A DNA stretch of 64,000 nucleotides from an uncultured Chloroflexia bacterium (GTDB lineage Bacteria > Chloroflexota > Limnocylindria > Limnocylindrales > CSP1-4), in the NCBI GenBank assembly GCA_963768035.1, contig CAVYGJ010000002.1:401079-465078 (forward strand). Direction: 5' to 3'. Below, piece after piece: positions 1 through 8,686 of this stretch (position 1 is the stretch's first letter; each line of letters begins with the position of its first letter). The position numbers and the translations under genes were made by a program. The notes below the pieces were generated by a model that was not told the origin of the DNA, did no database searches, and worked only from the letters and a program-made list of their open reading frames with translations.

Positions 1-297
1 GTCGTGATGGCCGCGATGGACGTCGGCTGGACCGACGTCGGGACGTGGTCGGTGCTGCTCGAGGTGCTCGGGGCCGCGGGGATCGAGGGCGGCGTCGTCG
101 AGGCCGGCTCCGCCGTCGAGACGCGCGACGGCGACGTCGTCGTCGACCGGGACGATCGGGTCATGTCCGCGCGCGTGGTGGGGGACGATACGATGACCCC
201 GGAGCGGCCGGTCGCGCTCCTCCGAGGGGCACGAGGCGCCCTGCCCGTCGTCCAGGCGCTCCTCGACCGGTGTGCAGCAGCGGAGGTTCGTGCGTGA
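1..297 (+). CDS. mannose-1-phosphate guanylyltransferase-like protein, C-terminal fragment (5' end outside window)
   Basis: Frame is open from base 1 to TGA 295-297. DVGWTDVGTWSVLLE... resembles the region following the nucleotidyltransferase domain of ManC/CpsB-type enzymes. It is followed by phosphomannomutase and a PMI-type cupin. The stop overlaps the next start (GTGA). Confidence 0.55.
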   Translation, partial: VVMAAMDVGWTDVGTWSVLLEVLGAAGIEGGVVEAGSAVETRDGDVVVDRDDRVMSARVVGDDTMTPERPVALLRGARGALPVVQALLDRCAAAEVRA

Positions 298-1775
298 CCA
301 ATCCGGCGGAGGCCCCCACCCCCACCAGGATCGTGTTCGGCACGGACGGCTGGCGAGCCCGGATCGCCGAGGACTTCACGTTCGACAACGTGCGCCGGCT
401 CGCGGACGGCGTCGCGACCTACGTCGCAGACCGCGGGGAGTCGGCGAAGGGCGTCGTCGTGGCGTACGACCGGCGGTTCGCCTCGGAGCACTTCGCGCGC
501 GCCGCCGCCGAGGTCCTCCTCGCCCGCGACATCCCCGTCGCCTTCAGCCGGACGGCGGTCCCGACCCAGATGTCCTCGTACGAGGTCGTCCAGCGCGGCT
601 CGGCGGCGGGCATCGTGATCACGGCGTCGCACAACCCGTGGACCGACAACGGGTTCAAGGTGAAGTCGCCGACGGGCGCGGCGGCGGGCGGCGACATGCT
701 GCCGGCCATCGAGGCGATCGTCACCGCGCACACCGGCCAGCCGATCGAGCGCCGCCCGTTCGACGACGCGGAGGCGGCCGGGCTCGTCGAGATCTTCGAC
801 CCGTTCGAGGGCTACGAGCGATACCTCCGCCGGACGATCGACCTCGACGCGCTGCGCGACGCGGACGTCTCCGTCCTGGTCGAGCCGCTGTACGGCGCCG
901 GCTCCGGATGGATCCCGCGGCTGCTCGCCGGTGGGCGGATCCGGGTCACCGAGATCCACAACGAGCGCAACCCGTACTTCGGCGGCGTGAACCCGGAGCC
1001 GATCCGGCCGCACGTCGACCAGGCCCTCGCGATGATCGCGGGCGGCGGGTTCGACATCGGGCTGCTGCTCGACGGGGACGCGGACCGCGCGGGCGCGGCC
1101 GACGAGCGCGGGACGTTCCTCCACCAGCTCCAGGTCACCGGGCTGCTCATGTACTACCTCGCGGAGCACCGCGGGCTGCGGGAGCCGGTCGTCGTGTCGG
1201 TCAACAACACGTCGATGGCGGGCCGGCTCGGCGAGCACTACGGCATCGAGACCCACGAGGTCCCGGTGGGCTTCAAGTTCATCGGGCCGAAGATGATCGA
1301 GACCGGGGCGATGCTGGGCGCCGAGGAGTCGGGTGGCTTCGGGTTCGGGATGCACCTCCCGGAGCGCGACGGCATCTACGCCGACCTCATGCTGCTCGAC
1401 CTGTTCCTGCGCGAGCGCGCCCGCGGCAACCTGCCCGTGTCGCGCGCGGTCGAGCTGTTCCACGAGCTCGCCGGTCCGTCGTTCTACCGGCGGATCGACG
1501 TCCATGTCGAGCGGGCCGAGTACGACGGCGTCAAGGAGCGGCTCCTCGTGGGGCTCGCCGCCGCGCCGCCGACCTCGCTCGCCGGCGAGGCCGTCGCGCG
1601 GACCCAGGTCCTGACCACGAACGACGGGTTCAAGTGGTTCCTCGCCGACGGGTCGTGGCTGCTCGTCCGCGCCAGCGGGACCGAGCCGCTCGTCCGCGTC
1701 TACACGGAGGCGACCTCGCCCGAGCTGCGCGACGAGCTCGTCGTGACCGGGGAGCAGCTGGTCCGCGGCCGGTGA
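294..1775 (+). CDS. phosphomannomutase/phosphoglucomutase (alpha-D-phosphohexomutase family)
   Basis: GTG 294 overlaps the upstream stop. Catalytic-serine loop ITASHNPWTDNGFK, metal loop LLLDGDADR, sugar loop GAEESGG, phosphate loop RASGTEP. The Arg-rich N-terminal part of the 576-aa track ORF is non-coding read-through. Confidence 0.9.
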   Translation: MTNPAEAPTPTRIVFGTDGWRARIAEDFTFDNVRRLADGVATYVADRGESAKGVVVAYDRRFASEHFARAAAEVLLARDIPVAFSRTAVPTQMSSYEVVQRGSAAGIVITASHNPWTDNGFKVKSPTGAAAGGDMLPAIEAIVTAHTGQPIERRPFDDAEAAGLVEIFDPFEGYERYLRRTIDLDALRDADVSVLVEPLYGAGSGWIPRLLAGGRIRVTEIHNERNPYFGGVNPEPIRPHVDQALAMIAGGGFDIGLLLDGDADRAGAADERGTFLHQLQVTGLLMYYLAEHRGLREPVVVSVNNTSMAGRLGEHYGIETHEVPVGFKFIGPKMIETGAMLGAEESGGFGFGMHLPERDGIYADLMLLDLFLRERARGNLPVSRAVELFHELAGPSFYRRIDVHVERAEYDGVKERLLVGLAAAPPTSLAGEAVARTQVLTTNDGFKWFLADGSWLLVRASGTEPLVRVYTEATSPELRDELVVTGEQLVRGR

Positions 1776-2152
1776 GCGACGTCCTCGGCGGCGAGCAGCG
1801 CCACGTCCCGAAGCCCTGGGGCAGCGAGCAGATCTGGGCGCTGACCGAGCGCTACTGCGGCAAGGTCATCAGGATCTCGGCGGGCAAGCGCCTCTCGCTC
1901 CAGCGCCACGACCGCAAGGAGGAGAGCCTCATCGTCCTGCGCGGGACGCTCCGGCTCCACCTCGAGGACGACGAGGGGATCGTGCGGGTCGTCGAGCTCG
2001 GCCCGGGCGAGTCGGCGCACGTGGACACCCATCGGATCCACCGCTTCGAGGCCGCGACGGACGTGGAGCTGGTCGAGGTCTCGACGCCCGAGATCGACGA
2101 CGTCGAGCGCCTCGAGGACGACTTCGGGCGCGAGGGCACGTCCGCCCCCTGA
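1772..2152 (+). CDS. cupin-domain protein, type II mannose-6-phosphate isomerase-like
   Basis: GTG 1772 overlaps the PMM stop (GTGA). Cupin motifs are present: KPWGSEQIW, GKRLSLQRHDRKEE, HRIHRFEA. Confidence 0.8.
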   Translation: MSDVLGGEQRHVPKPWGSEQIWALTERYCGKVIRISAGKRLSLQRHDRKEESLIVLRGTLRLHLEDDEGIVRVVELGPGESAHVDTHRIHRFEAATDVELVEVSTPEIDDVERLEDDFGREGTSAP

Positions 2153-2323
2153 CCGCTCGGCAGGCGCCGCAGATTCGGTCGATCAAATGCAATTCGGGGG
2201 GCTGACCTCGGGCGGCCGGAGGTGTAGGCTTGTCACTGCGACCGCCATCACCGGTCCCGATGGTCCGACCGGACGGCGGCCCTCGCGGACGCCTCTCGCG
2301 GGGCGACTGGAGGTTGATCGGCG

Positions 2324-2602
2324 ATGCACTCCTCTCTCATCGGCAAGGTCGAGAAGGCGAATCGCTACGCACGCGAGCTTGATCGGATCTCGATCGAGCG
2401 CGTCGCCCTGACGTTCCGCGGTGACAACGACACCCATCACGTCAGCCTCGATGCCGGTCAGTGGCACTGCACGTGTCACTACTTCGAGAGTTGGGGATCG
2501 TGTGTCCACCTCCTCGCGCTGCAGAAGATCTTCGGCGTGATGCTCCCAGAGGACGCCCAGGTCTCGATCTTCAACGCGACGGCGGCCGGCGCGATCGCCT
2601 GA
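2324..2602 (+). CDS. SWIM zinc-finger domain protein (92 aa)
   Basis: CxC...CxH signature in WHCTCHYFESWGSCVHLLAL. GGAGG lies about 10 nt upstream of the ATG. Confidence 0.75.
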   Translation: MHSSLIGKVEKANRYARELDRISIERVALTFRGDNDTHHVSLDAGQWHCTCHYFESWGSCVHLLALQKIFGVMLPEDAQVSIFNATAAGAIA

Positions 2603-2684
2603 GGAGGCGCCGGCCGGCCCGGCGCTGTCCCCGCGTCCATCCCCGGCGCCGCGCGAGCGGCGCCGGTTCCGTGTCCGGCGAATC

Positions 2685-3278
2685 TCACGGCCCGACCTCG
2701 AGCCGCCAGTACCAGGTGCCGGTCCGCCCCTGTCCGAACGAGGCCTCGAGCTGGAGGCTCCACGCGCCGGCCTCGCCCGGGGCGACGATCGCCACCGGCC
2801 CGACGCCGTCAACACCGCTCGCGACGTCCCCGGCCCCCGCATCCGTGACGGGCGCCCAGCGGGCCGTCCAGTCCACGGGCGACGCCGCGGGTTCGAACGC
2901 GACGCCGAGCGCCGCACCCGGTGCTGCCCGGCTCGCATCCGAGGGCAGGATCCACGGCGCGTCCGATCCGGCCCCGTTCCAGGTGAACGACCCAAGGGTC
3001 CCGCCGCCCGGCCCCGAGACGATCCCCGAGAGGGTCGCGCCGGGCGGTTCCTGGATCGAGGCCTGCGCAGACGCGGCGGGTGCCGGCGTCGGCGGGCCGG
3101 GGGTCGGCGACGGCGTCGAGTGCGGCGAAGCGGTCGCCGTTGCGGGCGCGACCGATGGCGCGGTGGTGCCCGGGAGGCCGCCCGTGCCGCACCCGGCCAG
3201 GACGGCCGCGACGAGCCCCACGATGACGGCGGGGCGGCGGGCACCGGACACCGTGGCGGCGTTGACGGGTCGCGACAT
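2685..3278 (-). CDS. lipoprotein of unknown function
   Basis: N-terminal signal peptide ending in lipobox VLAGC, followed by a Pro/Thr/Ala-rich linker. Last gene of a minus-strand operon. Confidence 0.7.
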   Translation of the reverse strand: MSRPVNAATVSGARRPAVIVGLVAAVLAGCGTGGLPGTTAPSVAPATATASPHSTPSPTPGPPTPAPAASAQASIQEPPGATLSGIVSGPGGGTLGSFTWNGAGSDAPWILPSDASRAAPGAALGVAFEPAASPVDWTARWAPVTDAGAGDVASGVDGVGPVAIVAPGEAGAWSLQLEASFGQGRTGTWYWRLEVGP

Positions 3279-3299
3279 GGACGGAACCTCCCGATGGGC

Positions 3300-4313
3300 T
3301 CACTGGTCGGAGCTTGGGATGGACTGCGGGCACGGCCCCGAGCACGACGCCGACACCGTGATCGAGACGGTCGCGGAGAAGTCGGTCCGCACGCCCTCGT
3401 TGGACGGCTTGCGGAAGAGCGCCCGGTAGTCCTGCGACGAGCGCATCGTCAGGCTCGCGGTGTACGCGCCCGCCGCCGAGCTGTCGTTCATCGTCAGCAC
3501 GTCAGCCCAGCTGCTCCCCGAGCGCTGCTGGAGGACGACCGTGCGACCCGACATCGGGTTGTTCGACAGCCGCCCGGCGCCGTCCGAGGTGAGGGTCGCG
3601 GTGAACGTCACCATCGCGCCCGACGCCACGGACCTGGACGAGGCGGCGAGCGTCGAGGCGGTCGGGACGTCGAGGCAGGTGCTGTAGAGCGTCGTGGAGG
3701 CGAGCACGTCGTACTGCTGCTGGAGCGTCGCGACGTCGCAGCGGCCGAAGACATGGGCGTTGTACCCGGCCCTCGGCTTCGTCCGGGAGTACGTCTGGAC
3801 GACGGCGTCCTTGTAGTCGCTGTCGTCGGCGAAGTTGTCGTGGTGGCCCAGGCCGAGCACGTGGCCGAACTCGTCGAGCGCGATGTTCTCGGCGTCGTAG
3901 CAGCCGTCCGGCGAACCGGCGAGCTCGCACCATCGGAGCGTGCCCCAGTCGAACCGGTGCCCGTTCTCGCGGAACCACATCCCGAACCAGCCGGGCGGGT
4001 CGCGCTGGAAGCAGGCCAGCCCGTTGACACCGCACGGGACGCCGGTGCCGTAGTAGACGACGTTCGAGCCGCCGGTGTCGTAGTCGAAGGTCGGCGACTT
4101 GGCCTTGCGGCTCGCGTTGGCGTCGTCGCGGGCGTCGTGGATCGCGATCTTCATGTCGTACGGCGGCGTCCCCGACGAGGACCAGCGGTACTGGAGCACC
4201 TTGCTCTGGGCGAACAGGTCGCCGAGGGTGGGATCGGGGTCGTGGGCCGTCACGGGGACGGCGGCGCCGAGCGCGAGGACGACCGCGACCAGGAACCCGA
4301 GCCGCCGGCTCAT
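3300..4313 (-). CDS. secreted metzincin-like zinc metalloprotease with C-terminal Ig-like domain (variant DExxHxxGxxH motif)
   Basis: Signal peptide MSRRLGFLVAVVLALGAAVPVTA. Motif LDEFGHVLGLGHH is encoded at 3843-3875 (GAC GAG TTC GGC CAC ...). ATGA overlap with the upstream gene. Confidence 0.8.
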   Translation of the reverse strand: MSRRLGFLVAVVLALGAAVPVTAHDPDPTLGDLFAQSKVLQYRWSSSGTPPYDMKIAIHDARDDANASRKAKSPTFDYDTGGSNVVYYGTGVPCGVNGLACFQRDPPGWFGMWFRENGHRFDWGTLRWCELAGSPDGCYDAENIALDEFGHVLGLGHHDNFADDSDYKDAVVQTYSRTKPRAGYNAHVFGRCDVATLQQQYDVLASTTLYSTCLDVPTASTLAASSRSVASGAMVTFTATLTSDGAGRLSNNPMSGRTVVLQQRSGSSWADVLTMNDSSAAGAYTASLTMRSSQDYRALFRKPSNEGVRTDFSATVSITVSASCSGPCPQSIPSSDQ

Positions 4314-5395
4314 CGCCGCACCTCCTCGACCGCGCCGGCCGAGAGCCCGACGGGTCCGAGGACCCGTGTCCCGGAGCCGTCGACGACGCCACGCGGCGCG
4401 AGGACGACGACATCGCGGCCGTGCTCGACGCCTGCCGGTGCCATCGAGCCGTCACCGACAGGCAGCAGCCCGCCCGCGCCGCGAACGGCGTCGACCGACC
4501 CGGTCTCGAGGTCGAGGACGCGCAGCCCGTCGTGCCCGGTCTCGTACACCACCCGGTCGCTCGCCATCGCGGCCCGGCCGGCCGCCTTCACGAGCACCCG
4601 GGCGCGACCGCCGGCCTCGAGGCGGACGAGCGGACACGGATACCCGCCGCACGCCTCGTGCGCGATCACGCCACCGTCCGCGTCGATGCCGAGGACCGAC
4701 CCCGTCGGCCCGACCTCGACCACGTGCCCCGAGCGCGGCTCGACGAGGCGTGTCCGGCACGCGCGCTCGCCACACGAGGTCACGGCGATCCGCCCGTCGG
4801 GCGCCCAGCGGAGCTCGGTCGTGAACGTCCGCCCGTAGCGCTCGTCCGCCGCCGGCGGGCCGACGATCCGCGAGACGCGGCCACCACGCAGCGGCACCCG
4901 CCAGACGCCGAGGTCCGCGCGCGTCACGCGGTCCACGCGATGCTCGACGAGCGCGGCCGCATCGGGCGCGATGAGCGCCGACCGGACGACCGACGACTCA
5001 TCGGGGAGTGCCGTCGCGCAGCCGCGGACGACGTCGACCAGCGACAGCCGCGAGCGCGTCCCGTCGTCCGCACCGACCAGCACGATGCCCCGGACGGGCC
5101 CGCTGGCGAACGACTCCGACGGCAGGGCGAGATGCCGCGTCACGCCACCGACCAGGCCCAGCGACAGCCGGCCGCCCGCCAGCGTCCCCGCCTCGTCGAG
5201 CACCCCGTCCAGCCGGTACCACGCGGCGGCGGTCGAAACGCGCCCGACCCCCGGCGGCCCCGAGTCCGTACACGGCGGTGGCTCCCACGGCGGGTCCGCG
5301 GCCACGAGGACCGGCGGCCGCGTCATGACGCCGGCGCCCATGAGCGCCGCTGCCGCGAGCGGGACCACGCCTCGAATCCAACGCATCGGCTCCAC
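4310..5395 (-). CDS. secreted protein of unknown function
   Basis: GGAGGAGG lies 6 nt upstream of GTG 5395. N-terminal hydrophobic signal sequence and high GC3. 4-nt overlap with the protease gene. Confidence 0.7.
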   Translation of the reverse strand: MEPMRWIRGVVPLAAAALMGAGVMTRPPVLVAADPPWEPPPCTDSGPPGVGRVSTAAAWYRLDGVLDEAGTLAGGRLSLGLVGGVTRHLALPSESFASGPVRGIVLVGADDGTRSRLSLVDVVRGCATALPDESSVVRSALIAPDAAALVEHRVDRVTRADLGVWRVPLRGGRVSRIVGPPAADERYGRTFTTELRWAPDGRIAVTSCGERACRTRLVEPRSGHVVEVGPTGSVLGIDADGGVIAHEACGGYPCPLVRLEAGGRARVLVKAAGRAAMASDRVVYETGHDGLRVLDLETGSVDAVRGAGGLLPVGDGSMAPAGVEHGRDVVVLAPRGVVDGSGTRVLGPVGLSAGAVEEVRR

Positions 5396-5487
5396 GAGAG
5401 ACCTCCTCCGGCGGGGAACGGTGCTGGCGGGAGGAGGGCGAGGCGGCCATGGTGACGACGGCCACTTATCCGCTGGTTATCCGGGCG

Positions 5488-5640
5488 GGGGCGGTGATAC
5501 GCTCCGGCCATCAACCGGGACGTGAGTCCCTGCAGATCCGACGCGGTTTGGTCGCGAAGCCGGTGCGATTCCGGCACAGTCCCGCTACGGTGACCGCCCC
5601 TTGGGGCGGAAGTCCGGTCGCCGACCTGCCGTCGCCGCTC
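5488..5640 (+). promoter_or_regulatory. cobalamin (B12) riboswitch aptamer
   Basis: Conserved core GAAGCCGGTGCGATTCCGGCACAGTCCCGCTACGGTGA, a short hairpin CCGCCCCTTGGGGCGG, and a B12-box-like AAGTCCGGTCGCCGACCTGCC. Located upstream of BtuFCD-like transporter genes. Confidence 0.75.
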
Positions 5641-5685
5641 GAACCTTCGAGAGAAAGGTCAGGCGCATCGTGCAGTCCACCGCCT

Positions 5686-5724
5686 GACCCCTGCTTCCCC
5701 GAAGCAAGGGGTCTTCTGTTTTCT
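5686..5724 (+). terminator. intrinsic terminator (riboswitch expression platform)
   Basis: Stem GACCCCTGCTTC / GAAGCAAGGGGTC with one bulge, followed by TCTTCTGTTTTCT. The competing hairpin GGTCAGGCG(5657-5665)/CGCCTGACC(5681-5689) shares GACC with the terminator 5' arm. Confidence 0.7.
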
Positions 5725-5746
5725 CCCTCCTCGATTCGGAGTACCC

Positions 5747-6775
5747 GTGGACGCACGATTCCCTGCCGCGCGACGACGCGGCCGCACCCTCCCCGCCACG
5801 CTGATCTTCCTCGTCGCCCTGGCCGTCGCCGCCTGCGCCGGCCCCGCCGCGACCCCAGTCCCGACGGTCGCGCCGACCGCGGCCCCGACCGCGACACCCG
5901 CCCCGACGCCGACCGCGTCGCCCGTCGCCGCCTTCCCGATCACGCTGACCGACGACGAGGGCACCCAGGTCGAGCTCAAGGCCGAGCCGCAGAAGATCGT
6001 GAGCCTCACGCCTGCCGCGACCGAGACGCTGTTCGAGCTCGGGCTGGGTGACCGGATCGTGGGCAAGGTCGAGGACTTCACCGTCTACCCGCCCGAGGCT
6101 GCCAACGTCCCCGATGTCGCAAAGTTCGGCTCCGTCGACGTCGAGAAGATCGTCGGCCTGGGCGCCGATCTCGTGATCGCCGGGGGCTCCAACTTCAATC
6201 CGCCGGAAGCGATCGCCCAGCTGCGCTCGCTGGGGGTGCCGGTGGTCGTGCTCTACGCGCCTGACGTGGCGACCGCGCTCAAGGACATCGAGCTCATCGG
6301 GTCCGCGACCGGGAGGACCGAGAAGGCGACCGGCGTCACCGCCGACATCGGCGCCGCGTTCGACGAGGTCAAGGCCGCCACGTCCGGGCTCGAGGCGCCG
6401 CGCGTGTTCTACGAGCTCGACGCGACGAACGGGTTCTTCGGGCCGGCCCCGGACTACTTCGGCGCCGAGATGATCAAGGTCGCGGGCGGCGATCCGCTCA
6501 CGAGCGGAACGCCGGGCGTGTACCAGATCGAGCCCGAGAAGATCATCGACTTCGACCCCCAGGTCGTCCTCCTGGGCGACGCCGCGTACGGCGTCACCCC
6601 CGAGCAGGTCGCGGCGCGGCCCGGCTGGGCGACGCTCAGCGCGGTCAAGGACGGGGCCATCCGGCCGATCGACGACGTCGTGGTGACCCGCCCGGGTCCG
6701 CGGCTCGCCGATGGCATCCGGGCGCTCGCGCTGGCGATCCACCCGGACCTCGTGCTGCCGTCGGCGGCGCCGTGA
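5747..6775 (+). CDS. ABC transporter substrate-binding lipoprotein, BtuF/FhuD-like (corrinoid binding implied by riboswitch)
   Basis: Signal peptide plus lipobox AVAAC and a Pro/Thr/Ala linker. Periplasmic binding protein pattern: KIVSLTPAATETLFELGLGDRIVG, DLVIAGG. Confidence 0.85.
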   Translation: MDARFPAARRRGRTLPATLIFLVALAVAACAGPAATPVPTVAPTAAPTATPAPTPTASPVAAFPITLTDDEGTQVELKAEPQKIVSLTPAATETLFELGLGDRIVGKVEDFTVYPPEAANVPDVAKFGSVDVEKIVGLGADLVIAGGSNFNPPEAIAQLRSLGVPVVVLYAPDVATALKDIELIGSATGRTEKATGVTADIGAAFDEVKAATSGLEAPRVFYELDATNGFFGPAPDYFGAEMIKVAGGDPLTSGTPGVYQIEPEKIIDFDPQVVLLGDAAYGVTPEQVAARPGWATLSAVKDGAIRPIDDVVVTRPGPRLADGIRALALAIHPDLVLPSAAP

Positions 6776-6791
6776 CGGTGCGCGGCGACCG

Positions 6792-7877
6792 ATGACGACG
6801 ACCCCGCTCCCGGCCGGCGCCCCCGGACGGCTCGCGCTCCGCCTCAAGGTGGGGCGGCTGGGCCGCGCCGGCTGGCTCGCGGTCGCGGGTGTCGTCTCGC
6901 TCGGCGTCGTGCTCGTGGCCGGGATCGTGCTCGGGAGCGTGGACCTCGCGCCCACGACGACGGTCGCGATCCTCGCCAAGCGCGTCCTCGGGATCGATCT
7001 CGGCATCACCTGGGCGCCGACCGCCGAGGCCATCGTCATGGACCTGCGGCTGCCGCGGGTCCTCACGGCGATGGTCGTGGGCACGGGGCTCGCGGTCGCG
7101 GGGGCGACGTTCCAGGGGCTGCTCCGCAACCCGCTCGCCGACCCGTACGTGCTGGGCACGGCCTCGGGGGCGGCGCTCGGCGCGGCGATCGCCGTCGTCC
7201 TCCCCGTGCGGGGGCTCGTGCTCCAGTTCGGGCTGCTCCACCTGCTCGCGTTCGTCGGGGCGCTGGGGTCGGTGACGCTCGTCTACCGGCTGTCGCGAAC
7301 GAGCCCGCTCGCGCCGCTCACGAGCCTCCTGCTCACCGGCTACGCGGTCGGCTCGCTGCTCGCGGCGGGCCTGTCCCTGACGATGTACATGTCCGGGACC
7401 GGCCTGCGCCAGATCTTCAGCTACCTGCTCGGCGGGTTCGACGGCGCGTCGTGGACCCGCCTCGCCGTCGCGGCGCCGCTGATCATCGGCGGCAGCCTCG
7501 CGATCCTCCTCCGCGCCCGCGCCCTCAACGGGTTCCTGCTCGGCGAGGAGGCGGCCGCCCACCTCGGCGTCGACGTGAAGCGGGAGCGGGTGATCCTGCT
7601 GTCGCTCGCCTCGCTCGTGACGGCGGCCGGGGTCGCCGTGGCGGGCCTGATCGGCTTCGTGGGGCTCGTCGTGCCGCACCTCGTGCGGCTCCTCGTCGGC
7701 CCGAACGCGCGGCTCGTGCTGCCGATCTCCGCCCTGTTCGGCGCCAGCCTGCTCGCGGCCGCCGACGTCGTCGCGCGGCTGCTCGGCGGCGTGCCGGTGG
7801 GCGTCATCACCGCCGTGATCGGTGCGCCGTTCTTCCTCGCGCTGCTCCGCCGCGCGCGCACCGGGTACGAGCTGTGA
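6792..7877 (+). CDS. FecCD-family ABC permease (BtuC-like)
   Basis: ATG 6792. Multi-pass membrane protein with RLPRVLTAMVVGTGLAVAGATFQGLLRNPLADPYVLG. The stop overlaps the next start. Confidence 0.9.
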   Translation: MTTTPLPAGAPGRLALRLKVGRLGRAGWLAVAGVVSLGVVLVAGIVLGSVDLAPTTTVAILAKRVLGIDLGITWAPTAEAIVMDLRLPRVLTAMVVGTGLAVAGATFQGLLRNPLADPYVLGTASGAALGAAIAVVLPVRGLVLQFGLLHLLAFVGALGSVTLVYRLSRTSPLAPLTSLLLTGYAVGSLLAAGLSLTMYMSGTGLRQIFSYLLGGFDGASWTRLAVAAPLIIGGSLAILLRARALNGFLLGEEAAAHLGVDVKRERVILLSLASLVTAAGVAVAGLIGFVGLVVPHLVRLLVGPNARLVLPISALFGASLLAAADVVARLLGGVPVGVITAVIGAPFFLALLRRARTGYEL

Positions 7878-8641
7878 GCGGCCCGGTCCTCCACGCGGAC
7901 GGGGTCACGGTCGAGGTCCGGACGCGCGCGATCCTGCGCGACGTCAGCCTGGCCCTCGGGGCGGGGGAGCGGGTCGCGCTCGTCGGCCCCAACGGCGCGG
8001 GCAAGTCCACGCTCCTGCGGGTGCTCGCCGGGACGCTCAAGCCGACCGCCGGCCGCGTGCTCCTCGGCGGCGTCCCGATCGCGGAGCTCGAGCGTTCCGA
8101 GATCGCGCTGCGACTCGCCGTGGTCCCGCAGCAGACCGCGCTCCCGTTCGCGATGCGCGTCGAGGAGGTGGTCGGCCTCGGGCGGCTGCCCCACGAGGCA
8201 CCGCTGCGTGGCACCCGGCCCGCGGACCGGGCGGCAACGGCCGCGGCGATCGAGCGCGTGGGCCTCGGCCATCTCATGGGCCGCGACGCCCGCGAGCTCT
8301 CGCTCGGGGAGCGGCAGCTCGTGCTCCTCGCGCTCGCCGTGGCGCAGGCCGCGCCCGTGATGCTCCTCGACGAGCCGACCGTCCACCTCGACCTCCGCCA
8401 CCAGGTCGAGGCGATGGAGCTGCTGCGCGACCTCAACGAGCGCGACGGCACGGCGATGGTCGCCGTCCTCCACGACCTCGGGCTCGCGGCCCACTTCTTC
8501 CCGCGGCTCGTGGTCATCGAGCATGGCCGCCTCATCGCGGACGGGCCGCCCGCGGACGTGCTCACCGACGACCTCATCCGCGAGGTGTTCGGCGTGGAGC
8601 CCGCGCTCGTCCGGCTCGCGGCGTCGGTCGAGCGCGGCTAG
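7874..8641 (+). CDS. ABC transporter ATP-binding protein (BtuD/FepC-like)
   Basis: GTG 7874 in a GTGA overlap. Walker A GPNGAGKST, signature LSLGERQ, Walker B MLLDEPT. Confidence 0.9.
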   Translation: MSGPVLHADGVTVEVRTRAILRDVSLALGAGERVALVGPNGAGKSTLLRVLAGTLKPTAGRVLLGGVPIAELERSEIALRLAVVPQQTALPFAMRVEEVVGLGRLPHEAPLRGTRPADRAATAAAIERVGLGHLMGRDARELSLGERQLVLLALAVAQAAPVMLLDEPTVHLDLRHQVEAMELLRDLNERDGTAMVAVLHDLGLAAHFFPRLVVIEHGRLIADGPPADVLTDDLIREVFGVEPALVRLAASVERG

Positions 8642-8686
8642 GGCCGCCGGCTCGCCCACGGGACGCGGGTCGCGCATCATCGCGTC

